DNA of 64,000 nucleotides from Lingula anatina. Lineage: Eukaryota; Animalia; Brachiopoda. The notes beneath the pieces were generated by a model. The model was not told the origin of the DNA, made no database searches, and saw only the letters and a list, made by a program, of their open reading frames with translations. The stretch spans positions 4,092,001 through 4,156,000 of the forward strand of contig CM120640.1 in NCBI GenBank assembly GCA_051362555.1. The letters run 5' to 3'. Positions 1 to 12,600 of this stretch are shown here, in pieces (the stretch's first letter is position 1; each line of letters starts with the position of its first letter). The position numbers and the translations under genes are program-made.

Positions 1-145
1 AACAAAGGGATATGTGGTTATTAGTATAAAGCAAATCAGTTGTGATAAAAGCATGCTACAAATTCGATAACACACAGGGTAATTATGGCAATAGGAATAA
101 AACGAATTACGACTTGTACGTTTCGCGTGGATTATCTTCACCTGG

Positions 146-233
146 GCGCGGCCATCTTGGATTTACCCGGCATTCACCGTGAAAGCCACTTCCTGAATCA
201 GAAGGCAGAACATCAGGACATGTATTAGGAAAG
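146..233 (+). promoter_or_regulatory. TRAPPC11 promoter / non-coding first exon region
   Basis: YY1-type GCGGCCATCTT (148-158) and ETS-type CACTTCCTG (187-195) lie in a CpG-richer patch. Donor AAG|gtaacg at 233/234; the next acceptor tgtag ends at 609, directly before the ATG. Confidence 0.6.
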
Positions 234-609
234 GTAACGAAAACATTTTATAAGGGGTAGTTCTATTTTTTAACACAGGCAGTCTTCCCTGTTTAACCTT
301 TTTCCATGGTAGATATTGCGTCTGAATATTTTGTATAACAACATCCTAGAGTTTATATGAAATGTGCAAAAATGTAGAAGGGGTGGGGAGGGGGGGGGGC
401 GTCCTATTTTAACAGGTCATAATTACCTGTTGTAAGTTGGTTGAAGTGCTGTGCACCCTAGTGTTTTTTCGTGTTTTTACAGTGCTGCACTGTGCCATGC
501 ATGCATTCATCATGCATTGCCATTTTGCAACTGGTTACTGTTGCCAGTGTTGCTATATAAATGCATAAATATATAATTACAAGTACCAATTCACGTATTT
601 CTCTTGTAG

Positions 610-3600
610 ATGTCTTGGGCAAGTGAGCTTCCTCCAGACCTGCTGTGTAGGCCACTTGGGCTGGTGGTGCTAACAGGGTTGGACAACACCTACAATGCAG
701 TCCATAAAGCTATCTGGGATGCTTTTTGTAATAACAGAAGGGCTGACAGGGTTCCTCTGCAGTTTAAGGTGCTCAACTTGGACCATGACTACCCCAAGTG
801 CAGGACTAAGGTAAGTTTTGTTTTCAATTTTTTTTCTATTTTTTGCTTCTTAATTAAAGACAGTAATATTTTAGCAATTTTTTTGTCAAATTTATCCTTG
901 ATTTGGTGTTTGTTTTTGTAAAGAAAGTTAAGTCGAGAAAAAGCCCAGTAGTTGGTGTCTAAAACATGTTGAATTAAACATTATCACTTTTCATTAATGC
1001 CTTAATAGTTCTTGTTAATGCTTTGCATTTACATGTATTTTATGATTAATTTAGAGAATCGGTGACTATTTTAAATCAGATTTAGACTCAGAATAAGCAA
1101 AATGAAGGCCATATACACCTTGTAGAGAGTGCTAAAAGTGATACGACATGGTATATCTGTAAATTTCCAGAGGACCACATACGAGTGGTATGTTCCCAAG
1201 GGGATCCTGAAGAGTGCCTGGATGAACAAGCACTTAGACCAGGTGCCCTCAGTTGTGGTGGTGTTCTTTGACCTGGACTGGGATGAGCCACTGTGGAAAG
1301 AGAAGCAGATGGAATGTGCTACAAGAATTGAGATTGTCAGGTGATTTGAGGGAGGGATCTTTTAGATATGTGCTACAGTTGATAAGTGACAAAGTTGCTG
1401 TAAAATACATTTATGACATTACTCAATTTGATTTGATTTATATGATTTAAGTGTAAAGGCATAATGACTTTTTAGTTTTATTTTGATTGAATGTTTTAAT
1501 CCAGGTAGTAGATATCAGGGGCAGATCCAGAGATATTTCTGACAGTCTTCCAAATTATCTTTGTTGATCCATCCTCCATTTTTGACCGTCTTCCAACAGA
1601 AAAAATTAGATGCCTGTCAGTGTAACTTAGAATATTCTGGTTGTCTTCCGGAATACCAAGAAGACGGCCTCCTTCTGCTCCTGGATTTCACGAATTATAA
1701 CATTTTTTTCTGCTTCAGGAATAGTCTTGATGGCCGCAGCACCAGAGTATGTGTGGTGCTGATCCAGAAGAACGCTCCACTCCCTCCAGGAGAAGACATG
1801 GTGGCAGCAGAGAGGGCAGCCTCTTTCTGCAGTGCATGTGAGCTGTCTGCCAAGTCCCTGTTTGTTCTCCCTAACACTGACCACCTGCTGGGCTATGTGA
1901 TTAGGCTGGAGAATGCCTTCTATGAACAGGCCCAGAGTTATTATCACACTGAGGCTAGGAGAGTGAAAGCACATAAAGAGTTCCTGAATAAGACTACTCA
2001 CCAGGTATAACATGACATGACATAGCACTGTCATCATGGGCATAGCAGTAAACAGTGAATATTTTGTAATACATTATATTGATACTGGTGTGACAAAATG
2101 TCGTATGTAACAGTATATAATCAGTGTGTAACCAATGACTAGAGATATTGTGGCAGGGGGGAGGGGGGGGGACTTGGATAGCGCGTACGGTATCTCCCTT
2201 CCTTAATTTTTTTCTACCTTTGGGCCTCCACCTTTTTTGCCAAACCCTGGGCTAAATAGAAACATGTTAGGCATCATATCATGTTATTGCGGTTTGTAGC
2301 AATTTTTGATTTTTAATTAAAATTTTCTTTTTCATTTTTCAGCTATTATATGTGAGACATCAGTTCAAAATAGCATTCTTTAATGAGCTGAAGCAGGACA
2401 CTCACACAGCCCTCAAGTGAGCACCTTTTGTTATTGATAATATTGAACATTATTCTCAATAAAATCTTGTTATAGTTTTGGTATATTATTTTGATGATAT
2501 ATGTATTAATCAATAGGACAAAGTAGTGTGATACTGTATCTTGCTTGCAGAAAATTTGTTCAGCTTGTCTAATAACATACACATCTATTTCTCTCTGTCA
2601 CTGAAATTGATTTAGGGTTATTATTGTGTGTTCACAGGCACTATAAACAGGCTTATGGGAATGTTCTTGAACTGAGGATGCTGAATACCAATATGCTGGA
2701 AGTAAAGACAGTTGCTGGATTTATTAATTACAAGGTATGTGATCTGAACAAAGGTGAGGTTAATATACTGTTTGTTATCATTTTGATCATTATTTTAAAG
2801 TTTAGCTTAATTGTGATTTATAAACAATATATATATTTATTGTATTGTATTGTATATTGTACATACATACGTAAAGTACAATGTTTAAGAATTTACATAG
2901 AAGGTGATTTATAATATTGTTATATTGGTAATTCTTCATTTCCTCTAAGATGGTTGTCTTAAAATTGTTCCTGATTTTGTTTTGCAACTGGAATGCTTCC
3001 AAAGCAATTATATCAGTTCTCAATTACAACCCTTTCAGCAGGTGATAATCAATTTTTGAAAACTCTGCACTGTAATTAGATTTGCAGATTGTCTTTCCAA
3101 CATAATGCACCCCTGGACGCCATCAGTCAGTTCAGAAAGCATATTGATTTCTTTAAGAAGAAGATTGGCACTGGAGAATTGTCATTTGAGCATAGTGCTT
3201 GGATGTCTAGACAGTAAGTACCACGGAGACATTGAAATAACATGAGTGAAAATATACCCTGCACTCAGCGGAATTATTAGTCTGCAGTTTTTTATGTTGT
3301 TACAGATGAACATGATTATTAAGATTTAGTGTTTTAGGAATGTGTAATGGAATCCTGATTATTGAGATACCACAGAAATGAAGAAAGTATTAGTTGGTTT
3401 CAAAAGAAACCTTACTTTTCAGGTTCCAAATATTTGGTAACTTTGGGAAATGAATAAAGTATTAGTTGGTATCAACAGAAACATTACTTTTCAGGTTCCA
3501 GATATTTGGGGACTTGTTTGATGAAGCTATCAAGCTGGGTCTCACTGCCATTCAAACCCAGCATCCAGGGTTCTACTACCAGCAGGCTGCCAATCATTCT

Positions 3601-6600
3601 ATATCAAGGAAACAGTTATGTAGAGGGCTGTGCCATGTTAGTACTTTTTACCTTGCTCTCTCAAGTACATGTTGAAACCTTAAAAAAAATTCATCATGCT
3701 CTTAATAGTTTCTTCAAGCTACAGCTAAAATTAAGTGTACTAACCACAACAATAATGCCGCGTCTTTCATGTTTTGAGGTGTAGGTGAACTAAAAAATAT
3801 TTTTCAGTCAAACATTTTTCGATTATACACTGAAAAATATGTTAAGTTGTTGTTTGTCTCCTTCAGCCCAACATCACCTACCCTTCCCCTGACCCACTGG
3901 AAGGCTTGAGCAGTCTTGATTACTATGGCCAGAGACCATGGAGGCAAGGACACCAGAGTAAGCATTAATTACTGGAGTCATTTTCTTTTTATTATTACTC
4001 TAGACCCCCATAAAGTATATTACTAAAAATTACAAGTTCCATTCTTTAGACATCATCCTTCACAATTTTTTACTCTAGACCTCCCCATCCGTAATTTCTC
4101 AAACAATATAATACACCAAAAATAGTTATAAGATCCATTCTTTGGACACCATCCCCTTATATGAAACATTTTGAAATCTTGTTAAAGATTGAACTCTCCC
4201 TTCCAGGCATAGACCCTCCAGATGCAGCCAAGGAAAAGGATGGTATCCTTGCTCTGCAGTACCTGGAAAGTACAGTGGACCATGAGGTGGGTTAAGAATA
4301 CTGGAGGTGGTTTTGTTACCTCTTCTTGTTATTCCTGGTTGGTGAATTTAAAATTGATTTTGAAACAGGTTATTTTAAAATTGTTAGATATAATATTGAA
4401 TTGCATGTTCCAAGCAAGCAATTATCTGTTTCTTAGTGAATTGTAAAAACAAGTTATTGAAAATTGCACTGAGACTCAACAATTCTGACATTTCAGTGGA
4501 TAATTATTCCCCTATTGAGCAGTGCTGTCACACAGTTTAAGAAATACAAGTCCCCAAGAATGAAGAGATATCTCAGTAAGTACAGCTTTTTGCAAATGTG
4601 TTGTCTTTAACAATATTTTCTGATGTACTCTGGAGAAAAAAGTACTTAACTTACTTACAAAAATCATTCCAAGTATTCTATAGCTAAAATGGAATCTCTT
4701 TTCAGTGGTCCAGATGGGAGAAGAGTATTATCATGCTAAACAATATACCAATGCTTTGTCGTAAGTATTACTTTAACTTCGACCAATTTTGTCTACATTT
4801 GGGTGAAGTAATTCCAATTGTTAAATATATTTTAGTAGTAATGATTTGTGGTGACTGTATGTCTGTTCTCCTTCTTTAATGAAGATATTCATGAGATGGT
4901 GTTAAAAATGGTATTGTTTTGTATTTTATCTAGGTTGCTGAGTCGTGTAACATATGATTACCGTGTTGAGCACTGGTGGCTGCTTCTCACCAATATCTTG
5001 ATCACATCACTCAGGTAAGATACCCTTATTCAGGTCACATGCTTTATGTTTTTGTATTTCAAAGTAGATGCATTTTGTCATAGTTTAGAGATATGCATAA
5101 AGTACATTCACTCACACTTTGTTTATTATTATTTGTTAAAGTTTAGTGGTAACTAAAATATCTCTAGTGACACTAAAGATAATGAAGATGTTTTCTTTTC
5201 ATCTCAGCTATTTCTGTTACATCTGTTGCAGAGCAGAATGCATCAAACATATTTTGTATTGTGAGTTTTAAGTGATGTTCAGGATGGAGTCAATTTGTCA
5301 ATTAGCTTGTACAGATCTATGTATTCTTTAATTGTTTTACTCAAATAGCTTCAAAAACCCAGACAACCATTTAATATTTTTTTTTATTGTTCTTACTTCA
5401 GATGCGCCTACCTGGTGGGAAATGTGGAAGAATATGTCGCTTTATGCCTTGAGTTGATCAGCAAATGTATCCTTCTCATTTTGTGTATATGATATCTCAT
5501 AACTGATCATTAATGCTTTACATTCTATTATATTATTCTAATATTATGTAAATAATTATGTTATAATGAAGAGATAGTTCCATTTTATTGTCCATTTTAT
5601 TGACTGGCTTCTGGTCATGTGAAGTATCATTTGTCAGATTGATCATCAGTGGAGAATTTCATTCTTAAATTACTACTTCTCACTTAAGTAAAAGCCATTA
5701 TAGAACCAAACCTGTTCAGTGTGATAATTTTTCTGCGGGTGTTGCTGTAATTGGAATTTGCCTTTATTCTGTGTCCAAGTCAGCTCAATATTTTTTTATT
5801 TGTTGGAGAGTTCTTGCTTTGGTTTTAAATTCTCTAACTTATTGTATGTTTGTAAGAAATTATTGGGAGTACTATTACAGTAACTGTCTTTTAGCCTCAT
5901 TCTTACTCGTTTCTTAACTTATTGTTACTGTTTGTTGCTGTTATATATGATATCAGACCTTGACGTGAACTCTAAGATATTCCCTTATCAAAAGAAGAGA
6001 AAACTAGGATACAGATGAACCTGATCCGGGTGATGTCAGTGAGTACTGCTGTGTTCATGAGTTTTCTCTTTGAAGAGCAGTTTAAAAAAATTAAAATATG
6101 TGTAAACATTAGAGAATGCTAAAAGAACAGCATTTTCATGCATGTTTTTCGGAACTAAAAGACATTTTTCAAATTATTTTAAAATAAAAATATCATGTCC
6201 CATGTATCCCATTTGATATATTGGGTGAGCTGAAATTTTAGAACATAACTAGAAAAGCACTCATACAGCACACATACCTCTGCTAGTGCATTCTCATAGT
6301 TATGAATTGCTTGATTGATTAATATATCACCACCAAAATCTAACTGATTCTAAGGCTGTATTCCCAGAGCTTTTAGATCATAATGACAATGTTAACCCTT
6401 CTATTTGTTTGCCATCTTCAGAGTGACCCTCCAGAGCCAGAACCTGGCTGTGATGCTGACTGTGTAGAGAAAGCTAAACCTTTGTGGAAGTGTGAGGCCT
6501 CCAAGGAGCAGGAGCAGTGCATGTTTACTGTGGAGATGCAGAACATTATTCCATTTGGTAAGATTGTGCAAAGAAGAGATTTATTAAATATTTTTTAATA

Positions 6601-9600
6601 TCAGCTTTGTTTTGTTGAAAATGTTTTAACTATTTCTTTATTTATTGATAAGCTGATGAGTTAATGTGTCATACATTTGATCTAGTTCAAATAATTCACA
6701 AATAATATATTTATAGAGTATTATGAAATGTTGGTGTATACCAGGTTTTTCACCTCTAACCTCCTTTCTTTTCACCTAGTGGAGTGTAAAGCAGCTTTCA
6801 GTGAGGAGACATTCACAGCAGATGTACCCATTGTCCTGCACATATTTTTAAAGTAAGTGATATGAAATGCTATGTTTACTTCATTTTTTAAATGAAGCGT
6901 AAGTTATTAAAAATTTTTTGGTCTTGCAGAATATTTTTTCAAATTTTGAAAAGAATGAATAATCTTTTTAATGGATTGTAATTATGTACCATCTCAACTT
7001 AAACTTTGATCTCAATGTAGTGCAGTTTATGTAGTGATGACAATTTTTCTAATTTCAGAACTACCTGCCCATTCCCAATGAGATTTTCAAAGTTGTCTGT
7101 GCTTTTAAACAACCAGGTAGAGTAGTCTCCTCATATAGATTAAATTTGAATTGACCATGATATTTTATTGAAAAGACATGCATTTATATATAGGAAATAA
7201 AAATATTAAGACCCACCCTTTCCTCCTTAAACCTGTTTTAACCCCTTTCTTTCTTTCTTTCTTTCTTTAAACCTATTTCACCCCTATTCACCATCCCCCT
7301 TCCCCTCCCCCCTATTTTAAGCCTCCCTTTCTTCCTTAAACCTATTTAAACCCCCTTCTCTCCTTAAACCTTGTCACTCCCCTTTCATTGTGGTATTGTT
7401 CTGTATCCAGGTGTACAACCAGTACTGTGTGGTCAGTGATGGGCAGGGTATAGGGTCTGGAGAGTCCTCAGAGGAACAGACAGGAGACCTGTACCTGGTG
7501 CCAGGCAAGCCAAAGATGTACACCTTCACATACCTACCCAGACAGGAGGATGTGGGGAAAACACTACAGGTAATACTTACCTAGGACTAGCTTTATTGTA
7601 CGAATATTTGCTGAGGATGTACCCTTGGTAAACATATTGGCATAACTGGTATTGTAAGCTTAAGCCCTGCTTTGATTGACATTGCTGTGTATTTGTTTTC
7701 TGTCTTGGTTTTCTATTTGCTGTGATCTGAGCCGCACAGATTTACTTCTTGTTGGCCAGCTCAGCTGATTGATGTTGTTGTGTGGTTTCCCATCTCGCAT
7801 CCGGTTTATCAGCAAATCTTCTCAACTTGATTTTTTTTTATTTGATCAATGCACTTCTTCAGTAATTGTATTCCTGACTTGACTTCACCATTTTTAAGTT
7901 GATTTTTCTGCTAGTTGAATGATTTCAAGAAGTTCAGTATTGAAATCTAACTACTTTCTATTTCTTTTATATCTACAGTGACCCTTTCACCCAGTGTTTA
8001 TCAAACTGAAACTGTAATATTTTCATCAGTGTGAGTACACAGTGTGCCCAGTCTATGCAAATGCAAACGGAGATGTTGTCTTATTGTCTTTCCAAACTAT
8101 GTATTGTTTTGCAGATATCTTCCATTGCCCTTGAGTTAGGCTCGGAGACTTCCCGTTGCTCTGTCCTTCACTGGTTACACTGGAGTGACAGCGGCAGTGA
8201 GGGACTGATATTACCTGCACCAGAACACAGTGGAAAGAAGAAGAAAAAGATCAGCTCACAGGAAGACCTAGAGACTGTGGAGTGGGACTTGATTGATACC
8301 AATTCCTCTGCAAAGTAAATTAATTTTTATTTCCATTTGCATCCAGATTTGTGTTTGAACACTTCATTTTAATATTTGTTATTAAGATGTATGTAACATT
8401 TCTCATTCCTTCCGTTATCGAGGAAATTTATACCCAGAAGTAAAACCAGTCCTTTTGAGGGGATAGTGGGGCCTTTTTTGCTCATTGTCACTTTGAAGAT
8501 TTTGTAATTTTAAATGGTAAGAGGCAGTTAACATACGAAATTTTGTTGAAAAGTCTCTGTATCTCTGTATGTAGTTGCTTATATCTGTTCTTTCATGTAG
8601 CTTGGTCCCCAGGGTGGCCTGTGTGGATGTTAACATAGAGCATCACTCGCCTGCTCTTATCATGGAATTTTACCACATCAAACTCAATATAAAAAACACA
8701 GAAACTTCCAGCACCAGGAAAAACAGGTATCACATCCTTTAACCTTTTGTGTACCATCAGTGAGTTGTGAATTAAATAACTTATTCTCAGACATTTGTAA
8801 ATTGAAGGCTGTTACAGTTATTTGAGTATTTTGGATTTTCATTATTCTGGCCATGTAGTTGTTTGAGATACAGATTTCCTAATAAGTCTGCAGTATAAGT
8901 AAAATATATATTTAGAAGGAAATGCATATCTCAGTCTTGACTGCTCTTTCTTGTTTCAGTTTATCTGTAGGACAAAAAGAAAAACTGGATACTTTCTTGG
9001 ATCACACAAGTAATATTGCCATATCAAGCATTTCAGATTTATTGTGGTTCTGCTTTACCTTGTAATTTTAATCGATTGTTCATGTCACAATTTATGTCAT
9101 TTCCTAACACAATCTTATGATTTAAAAAAACACATGATTTAGGTTGTTATGGTAACCATATGTATATAATGAAAATAATTGGTAATTAAAAAAATATATA
9201 TAGATATATTGATGTTCCTGTAATTTCAGCCCATGTCACAGTGGACCATGCTGAGTACCAGGACAAAGTAGTGCCCAGACGTGAGCAGGTGCCCCTAGGG
9301 AACCAGGGGGTATTAGAACCTGGTCAGGAGGTGAGATATAGCCACTTAGTGTTAACTGATGTATCTATATATTACCAGTCTGTTACCAGTTTCAATAATC
9401 AGAATACATATTTGATTGACATGTGTTTCTTTTAATACAGTGATGAGATGTTTCAGAGGATAGGCACAGAATTTATGTGAGGTAGTAAATTTTGAACTCA
9501 AAAATCCATAAAGATTTTTTTCTATTTCAGAGCAACAAAAGCATTTTTGTGAAATGCCTTCAGCCAGGAACAAGAACAATAGTTATTAGGGTAATGTCAT

Positions 9601-12600
9601 GAGCTTGTTTATTGTTATATATTTTAAAAATATGATTTTGACAAATTTACATGGCTTTTAGTTGTTGGTTAATTTATTTTCTTTAATAATTAGCTGGTAT
9701 AACATGCCATTGACATGTTTGAGTTACATATAAAGGATACATATAAATTGTTGAGTAATTTTAATTTTGTGTTAATTGCTCCTGTGATGATAATTATGAT
9801 GTGAATTAGACTGTTTGGTCCATTTGTGAACATGACAGATACTTTTATGGATTTTTTTCAGATTACTTATGAAGTGGATGTGGACGTCTCGGGTCATATG
9901 GTAACTTGTACCTGTGAGAAAGAAGAAACTATAACTATTCCTGCAGTGCCACCCTTTGAAGTCACTTTTCTAGTCAAGTCAATGAAGGTGAATTATAGCT
10001 TGACTTTGCATTTTGAATGGATTAATACTTTGTCAATTATCACACTTTGCTCTATTAAAAGGAATTGTAAAAAGTTTCCCATTGTTAGTAATAATAAAGT
10101 TAAATTGCATCTCACGTGCTATTCTGTAGTGCAATCTATATTTCTTCAAGGATTTAAATTAAATGATACCTCCTAAGTTTCCAATACTCCTTTATTATTG
10201 ACATATGGGGGAATTTTCAGGCCTCTGTTTCACACAAAAGAAACTTATTTAAGTCAGGTTCCCTGGCGAAGGTCTTGGTTACCAACATCACTTCACTATA
10301 CGCCTAGTCAACTACGGATTTAAGATTCTTTGTGAAACAGGGCCCAGTAGGCTCTTGTTTAGCCAGCTCACTGGCCTGTTATAACAATATTTTTGACCAT
10401 TTTTCAGTTTGAGGCTGTAGAATCTGTCCATGCTGACTGCCCGTTCATGGTGCTGACTGACATCAACAATAGCTCCCAGTGGCCCATACAGATACAGACC
10501 AGTGAACTCAAGCTGGTGAGGAGAAATTAAAACTGAACACACTAGTTATGATGTATTGATCTCTACCCAGTAGATGAGTTTGGAATTTAATTGGATTAGT
10601 CTGTGGTAATGAGATTTAATGCCCCATCATGGCTACTGTTTTGTCCGTGGAAAGGTTTAACTGATAATTAAGATATATGAATAATATTTAATGCAGTTTG
10701 TTAATAAAAAAGACGAAGTAAATTAATATATATTTTACATGTCATAGTTATAAGAATTATAAATACTCTTATTTCTTTTTCAGTCACCATTTATAAAGAA
10801 TGTTGGTGAAAATGTGCAATCACAGTTGGAATCAAGTATGTTTAAATTAATTTCAATGCAGTATACTGATTATTTTAATTACGTTTGCACTCTAATGCAA
10901 TTCTAATACTTTTAACAGTTGTTAACTTTAGAAAGGACTGATAAAGTGAACTGGAAAGTTAAATTTAATTCTGTTTTTGTATTGTTTAAAAAGAAATAAA
11001 AAGCAAAGTTTTGATTAAGGTGTATGTAATTTCAGTATCCCTCAAGTCCAGTGAGCATGCTGGGGAGTGTCTTTGTATGGTGGCTCCCCCTGTCATACAG
11101 CCCACTGTACCCCTGGGAAACTACGTCATACACTGGAAAAGGTAAGGTACACTTACTTCAAATGTGGAAGGTTTTGATTCGGAATTCAACTGAAATGTTT
11201 TTTTCTCTGAAGTGTATTTTGTAGTTAGATTCAAATTTTATACTTAATGATTTTTTACATTTTTAATTATGTATTATTATGTCGGTGCATGTTGGTAGAG
11301 ATCCAAATTTATACAGAAGAGGAAAATGATACTCTAAACACACAATGAAATATTTTCAGTAGTATCAAATTCACCTTTATCTGTATTTTCCAGACATGGT
11401 GATGACACCCTCCCGTCTGTGACCACCACCCTCCCCCTGCCCCATGTGACTCTGGAACACATCCCGCTGGCCGTGGATGTAGACATTCCTTCTAACGGCT
11501 CTGTCAGGGATACTCTACCTGTGACATATACAATCTATAACAAGACTGGCTACATACAGGAGATAGAAGTGACCATGGATTCCAGTGAGCTTTTTATGCT
11601 GTCTGGGCACAAGCAGGTATAGTGACTTATACAGATGGCTTTATTTATGTGTCTGTCTGTTTTTGTATGGTGATCAATATTCTCTGTGCATCTGCCTCGT
11701 CGGTCTGTCTAGAGATCATGCAGTTGATACCGTAACAACGCAATTTCCTGAACACAGCAGGTTTATTGTAAAATGGTGTGTCATTGTTTTAGGCTAGTAG
11801 ATTTAGTTTTTCATTTCCAAGCTCTTTGTCCATTTATTTCATCTGTTGCATTTTTCAGTTTGTCAAATAATGGCCTCTCAGTTTGATATAAGTGGCAAAT
11901 GATTCCTTTTGAGAATTAAATAAAATAGGCAGTCCAGTTATGGCACACCATCAATATCCACCATTAGAAAATGTGATAAACCTAGACATGATCTATATCT
12001 AATTGACTTTTTGATGTTCGATTTGGTTCATAATTCACTTTTTGATGTTAGATTTGGTTCATGACACTTAAATCTGCTATTGATTTGTACATTTAACGAC
12101 CTCTTTGGTAGATAGAGTAAGTTAAGTGCATTTAACTGCCTCTATTTCCCCGTCTCAGTGTAATGATCTCTTTGATTCTGCACATTTGTTACATTCATGT
12201 CTTTAAGCAAGTAATGTTTGACAAATAATGTGCAATTGGCTGCGTCTATTCCATCTATTTCTTGATACTCAGCTCATGAGCAGTTTGACAGACTCTGACC
12301 GGTTGTTGGTCTTGTACCTGCAGAATAATGTTTAGAGAGTTTCTGTGTAAAAAAGTTAATCCTGGTCCTGTTAATCGTCATAGATCTCCTCCAAACAAGG
12401 GGATCCACTCACAGAGCATACTATGCTACATTTATCACACTTCCCACATTAACATCACTTATTGATTTTTTTTTTAAAAAGTCAATAAAAACAAATGAAA
12501 GTACACCATGAGTTAGAAAATATCAGAATTGAAGGCAGGATACAGCTGAGGTATCATAGGTAGTAAATGCTTAAAAGCATCAGGAAACAATGATATGGTT

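Noticed and set aside
1627-2043. 138-aa minus-strand ORF and similar antisense ORFs over exons
   Set aside because: Shadow ORFs of real TRAPPC11, SHPK, SYF2 and FIG4 exons.
7215-7385. Pyrimidine-rich ccttaaacct repeats
   Set aside because: An ordinary degenerate minisatellite/low-complexity intron sequence.
9478-9500. let-7-like sequence TGAGGTAGTAAATTT
   Set aside because: Only about 10-11 nt match and there is no convincing precursor hairpin; likely chance.
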